A stretch of 63,829 nucleotides of DNA, the filler included, from Platydemus manokwari (taxonomy: Eukaryota): NCBI GenBank assembly GCA_037951405.1. It is 6 parts of 6 records of this genome, joined end to end, with 100 filler letters (N's around TTAATTAATTAA, not from the genome) between each part and the next. Parts side by side here need not be neighbours in the genome. Positions count along the whole stretch, not along the records: positions 11,492 to 23,155 come from JBBMOY010537774.1; 5 more parts are not named here. One strand, written 5' to 3'. The position numbers and the translations under genes were made by a program. Positions 12,735 through 18,700 of this stretch are shown here, piece after piece; within the stretch, counting starts at the first letter, position 1, and every line of letters starts with the position of its first letter. The notes below the pieces were generated by a model that worked only from the letters and a program-made list of their open reading frames with translations, did not search any database and was not told where the DNA came from.

Positions 12735-15700
12735 CTATAAAAGAAGTTATTCTTATAAACTGTGAGTATTGTGTTAAATAGAACACGGCAACGTCACGGA
12801 ACTATCATCTTTTGAATTCAATTTCATTTTTATTTAAATTCTATATTTGATAAACAAAATCTAATGAATCAGATTGTAAATCATAATTGATAATATTGAA
12901 AGAAAATATAATTTCATAATCATGACGTCATCGTATATTGTTACAATTCGAAAAATTATCTTTTATTACGTCATATAATATTGCCACAGAATTTTTGACA
13001 TAATTCTTCCTTAATCACTTATCAAGATCAATATTAATGATATAATTTATTATCAGGTTCTATTATAATCATTTATTCTTCATCAACTATTGTTGTTTCC
13101 ATACACCTCCGATGAAAACATTGCCCCATCATGGTATAACTTGAATTTTTAAAACTCTAACTTGGAGACGTTATTTTCCATGATATAAAACTATAATTAT
13201 AAATAATAATTTCACTATCTTCATTCATCAAACAGACCCTAATCTTACCCCATTGTATGTTTCAATAATGCTAAATTAGCCAAAACATCATTGTTCCCAT
13301 TATCTTCATTTTTCTCCATTTCTATTTTGTACACGAATTGCAAACACAAACCATTATTGTTTAAATTTTTAGTGTACAACCAAGAACTCCACAACCTGGC
13401 TGAATGCTTTTTAATATTGGGAAAATTTGATGCCACCGGTCTCATACATGCAGCATCACCGATAATCGATCCATAATTCATTGATTCCCAAACAGCTGTC
13501 TGATCTCTTGGATCATCTTTCCAACGACAAAATTGATCTCCATAATTGAATTGACAGTCTAATATAAATTTGGCATCTTGCCCTCGTTGTACCGCTAAAA
13601 GAATTTATTTTGTTTATGAATTTCACAACTATTCAGTTAAAGAGAACATGGCATCGAAAAGGACAACTTGATTTGTTTTTAATTCGAATTTTGGTTTTAT
13701 GTGAAATAAATCATTGATATTGCATCATCGGCATTAATTCATACGTTCAATAAATCGCAGAATAATGCATGTTGTTAAGAATTAATAATAAAAAACTTAA
13801 TAAACATATTTTCTCTCGATATGTCACATCAAATCCTGTGATATTTGAAAGAAAGATTTTAAATTTCTTCTGACTATTTTCTAAAACAAATTCAGAAGCA
13901 AATTTCAGCAATAATTCTTGATCGATATCTTCGATAGTTAGGTCGAAATCAAAAATACCTTAATATAGCTCAAATAATTTCTAGAATCTGTCAACAAGAA
14001 TCAAACAAGCCCATTTCGTATGAAATAGATGAACGTTGTGATGTTTTGAATATCTACCGAATTACAGAGGATAATCGAGAATATTCGATATACATCAATC
14101 AACACTCGAATCGTAGATGTTATTAACAAAGGTATCGACTTAATCATTTCTCTGAGAATATGTCAAATCCAATGGAAATTCTTAAAACTACAACTATTGC
14201 GGATCTTTTTCTTAGATTGATTATAATTAGTCTTGAACCTTATTTTATTTATGATCAAAAATAGCTTGATCAATAAACCTTACCCCATTGTATGTTTCAT
14301 CAATGCTAAATTAGCCAAAACATAATTGTTCTCATTATCTTCATTTTTCTCCATTTCTATTTTGTACACGAATTGCAAACACAATCCCGTATTATTCATA
14401 TTTTTAGTGTACAACCAAGAACTCCACAATCTAGCTGAATGCTTTCTAATATTGGGAAAACTTGATGACACCGGTCTCATACATGCAGCATCACCGATAA
14501 TCGGTCCATAATTCATTGATTCCCAAACAGCTGTCTGATCTCTTGGATCATCATTCCATTTACAAAATTGATCTCCATAATTGAATTGACAGTTCAATAC
14601 AGAATGAGCTTTTTGCCTGTTTTGTATCGCTAAAAGGATTTATTTATATTAAATTACTGGCAATTCCATGGACAGAGAACATGACATCGTGTTGGAACAA
14701 ATATCGCTATACTTAAATGATTTTTTTAATATTCAGTATATCGTGCACCATAAAAATCAAACTATAGTCTGTCATCCTTTTTAAAGACTGAAAGTACTTC
14801 AAACTTGCTTGCCCTTCATTTCCTCACCATACTCACTGTCAAATTGTCAGTAAATAAATAAATCTACAATTCCCATTATCATATTTCTGATAAATTCACA
14901 TTTTTCTCTATCCATATGTTTTGACCAACTATCTTCATAAATAATATTAGAACATAAACTTATCCACTCACCCATCGGAATGTTTCAAAAGCGACAGTAC
15001 TGCTTGGTTTTTATTTTCCTGTCTATCATCACCACCATTATTGTAATCAATATCGATTCTGTATGACAATTTCAAACAAATGTCTTTCGATTTTTCGTTT
15101 TCCAAATTCAACCAAGAACTCCACAAACGGGCAGAATGTTTGTTTACAATCGATATTTTAGACATTATCGGTCTCATACAAGCAGCATCGCCAATAATCG
15201 GTCCGAAATTCCTCGATTCCCAAACGGCAGTTTTATCTCTGGGATCATCATTCCAACGGCAAAAATTGTCCTCATTATCAAATTTACAATTAAGTTTCCT
15301 CTCAATTTTCCCAGCTGCAATTAAAGAATGAGGCTACAACATTTTCCAATAAAAAGTATGCACTGAACAAGATCGATTGCAAAGCAACTTGAATATTGAG
15401 TCAATGAAATGACTTTTACAATATTTTTATTCACAAAAATTTGATCTCCAACTCACCCATCCGAATGTTTGAGAAGAGACAAAGTTACATTTTTCAGAAA
15501 TCCAAAATCGTTCTCTATATAATAACTAAATCGTAAGCATTTTCCAATATCCGTTTCTGCAGTCAACCATTGACTCCATAGTCGACCACTGTACTTCGTT
15601 TGTCTTCGATAACTGATAGGCTTCATACACGCTGATTCACCAATAATTCCGCCGTAGTTTTTTGATTCCCATAATTTCGTTCTATCTCGTGGATCGAGAT

Positions 15701-18700
15701 ACCAATTACAAAACGATTTGGGTTTGAACTCACAATTTAAAACACTTTGGAAATTCTCATTTGTATTGGTGTACTCTACAACCAATCAAATTTGATTTGT
15801 AATTTATTGGTTATTTATTTACTGCAGAAATCAAAGCTCGTTTTCATTTGTTGTTTTGGTTTTTTAAAAAAATATGAGTTTTATTATTTAATTTAATTAT
15901 TCTTACCCCATTTCTCGCCTCATTAAAGTAAGTTTACTCAGATTTGATGCTGGCATGTTATCTATTTTATAACTGAAAGACAGGCATCCGAGAGAAATTT
16001 TTTTTGAAATTACAGGACCCCACAACCGTGCTGTCAAACTCTTCGTAGTTAGAGGATCAAATACCAGACCATCATTTGTTTCTTCGCTTGCTTCCATGCA
16101 CATTGCCTTATTTCTTACGGAACCGGGAATATTAAAAACTTTCCAGTTAATCATCCAATTATTATTGTCATTGCTCCAATAACAGAGATTATTTCTTTCA
16201 AAGTCACATGAAATCTTAGAATTGAATTTAGAGAACTGATTGCTCCCTAAATTACATTACTCAATGACCATTATTTTTTATAAAACATCGTTGATATGGC
16301 TAGTTACTTGGCAACAAATGTTTGTTAACAAGAATTTATTTTTTAATACAAATTTAAATCACCTTAATAACCATTCTTATTCAATTGAACATTTAATAAA
16401 ATCTTCTTTTATTTTTATTTGTGTAAATAAATTGACACAAAAAATAATATTTGTGTTATAAAAACTAAATTTCTATTGGTTGGAAAATTAGACCAATAGA
16501 AACACACCTACCCCATTTCTCTTCTCATCAATGTCAGTTTATTATCATTGCTATTAAACAATTTGTATTTAAAAGTAACACAACGCAATTCTTGATCGGC
16601 TGTCATCGATGGGCTCCAAAGTCGTATTGTCAATATTTCGTTTTTCAATCGAGCAGCTTGACTCATTTTCGGGGAACTTAAACACGTCGCTCGATTTATT
16701 CCGTATTTATTGTCAATTCTATGAATTTTCCAATTCGTCATCCAATTGTTGGCATCATTCATCCAATTACATAAATTATTAGACTCAAAATTACAATCCA
16801 AATCACTGGAAGCTGAAATTAGAAAATTCCTTATTTTAAAAAGGAGCCTAACATTGAGAACAGAGCTCTATTGAATGTATAAAGTCGGTTAAAGACATTA
16901 CCATTTGTTAAAGTTCTAACCCACAAAATTTTCAATGAATCTCAAAAACAACTGGTTATAAAATGTTCATGTTTCTCTTATTACTAACCCCATTTCTCTT
17001 CTCATCAAAGTTAATTTCATTGGTAGATCTCCATCGATTCTGTACTGAAATGAGAAACATCCCAGTACAACTTTCTTCAACACTTCCGGTCCATACAATC
17101 TGGCGGTCAACGAGTCATCACTAATATCTTCAGGAAATTTCAGACATGCTCCACCATTTTCTTGGTTATCATTTGTAAATCCAATCGAATTAAGTGATGT
17201 TTGTTTCCAATTCAATTTCCAATTATTCGGATCATTGTTCCATTTACAAAAACCATTATTGAAAGAACAATCCAAATCCGATACCGCTAAAATCATAGAT
17301 TATCTTAATAAATAGAATCTCAATCGTCATTAAAATACTGAAGAACAAAGCTCGATCACGGTTACGGTTGTCCGTTAGACCAGTTTAATTTATTAAACAC
17401 GCTTTCACACGAAATATCGATATTCCTCAAAGAGCCTTTATTAGCTATTTTATTTAAACAGCCCATACTTGACAAGGCTGGTTTGTTCGGTATTTCGATG
17501 AGCTTGTTGTAATAATTTCATCGCTTTGGAGAGAGCAGCTTGCAACAATTATATGGGAAAGATTTCCGAAATTACATTTCATTTGATAAGCACAGCAAAA
17601 CAAACTCATATATAAATTGTTTCAATTGTTTCTCCAGCGTTGGAGACAATAAATAATTTTCAATATTTTAATGTAATTTACCAACAATTTTCATTTACTA
17701 ACCCCATTTCACGTCTCATCAATGTGAGACGTGTAAAATTATCCTTTTCCATTCTATATTGGAACATTATACAACCCAATTTGACATTTTTCAATATTTC
17801 CGGCCCCCATAATCGAGCAGTTAATAGTTGATAATTAATATTTTCCGTTGATTTCAAACATGCTCCTCCGTTTTCCTGATTGTCATGGTTCATAAATCCA
17901 ATCGAATCAAGAGACGTTTGTTTCCAATTCAATTTCCAATTGTTCTGATCGTTACTCCAATTACAAAACCCGTTCTCGAAAGAACAATCTATGTCCGAGT
18001 TCGCTAAAACGTGCCAAAATGTCACAGTAATAATTTAACTTAAAATTGTCTCAAATGTGCTGAGAACAAGCTCATACTGATTAGATTTCCCCAATAAAAT
18101 TTGTCAATTAAACATGGTTTGAGTATTTCGATTTTACTAACCCCATTTCTCGTCTCATCATCGTCAACTTCATATTTTCATCATTTTCCATTTTGTAAGC
18201 GAAAGAAACACAACCCAATTTGACTCCACTATAGATTACCGGACCCCAGAGTCGACCGGTCAATGCTTTTTCATTGGTCAATTTGTCCATGTTGACATTT
18301 CCAGTTAACTTCAAGCAAGCTTCTCGACGTATCAGGACCCAATTCAACAACCAATTATTGAAATCATTTGCCCATCTACAGAAACCATTATCGAAGTTAC
18401 AATCCAATTCCGTCGTCACTGAAGACAGAAAGACCCAAGATATAAAAGAATTTTTATAAATCGATCATGATCTGAGAACAAAACTAATTGTGGATCACAT
18501 TTGTTTGTCATTTTTATTAACATAATCATCATCTTCTTTTCGATTAATGAATCTTTCTAATAGGGTAACATGGCCTAATAATCCATATTCCAAGAAAAAC
18601 TATTCAAAAAAGATCTATATTCTTCAGTGCATTCTGATTGAAAACAAAATGCGTAAATCGATATCGATGAACAATTTGTTATGAGATTCAACAAAAATTT

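Noticed and set aside
17472-17510. Extra docking-related words in the V5-V6 intron (ACAAGGCTGGTT; GAGCTTGTT)
   Set aside because: Short, not at the canonical distance from an acceptor, and no associated exon; cannot be distinguished from chance without computation.
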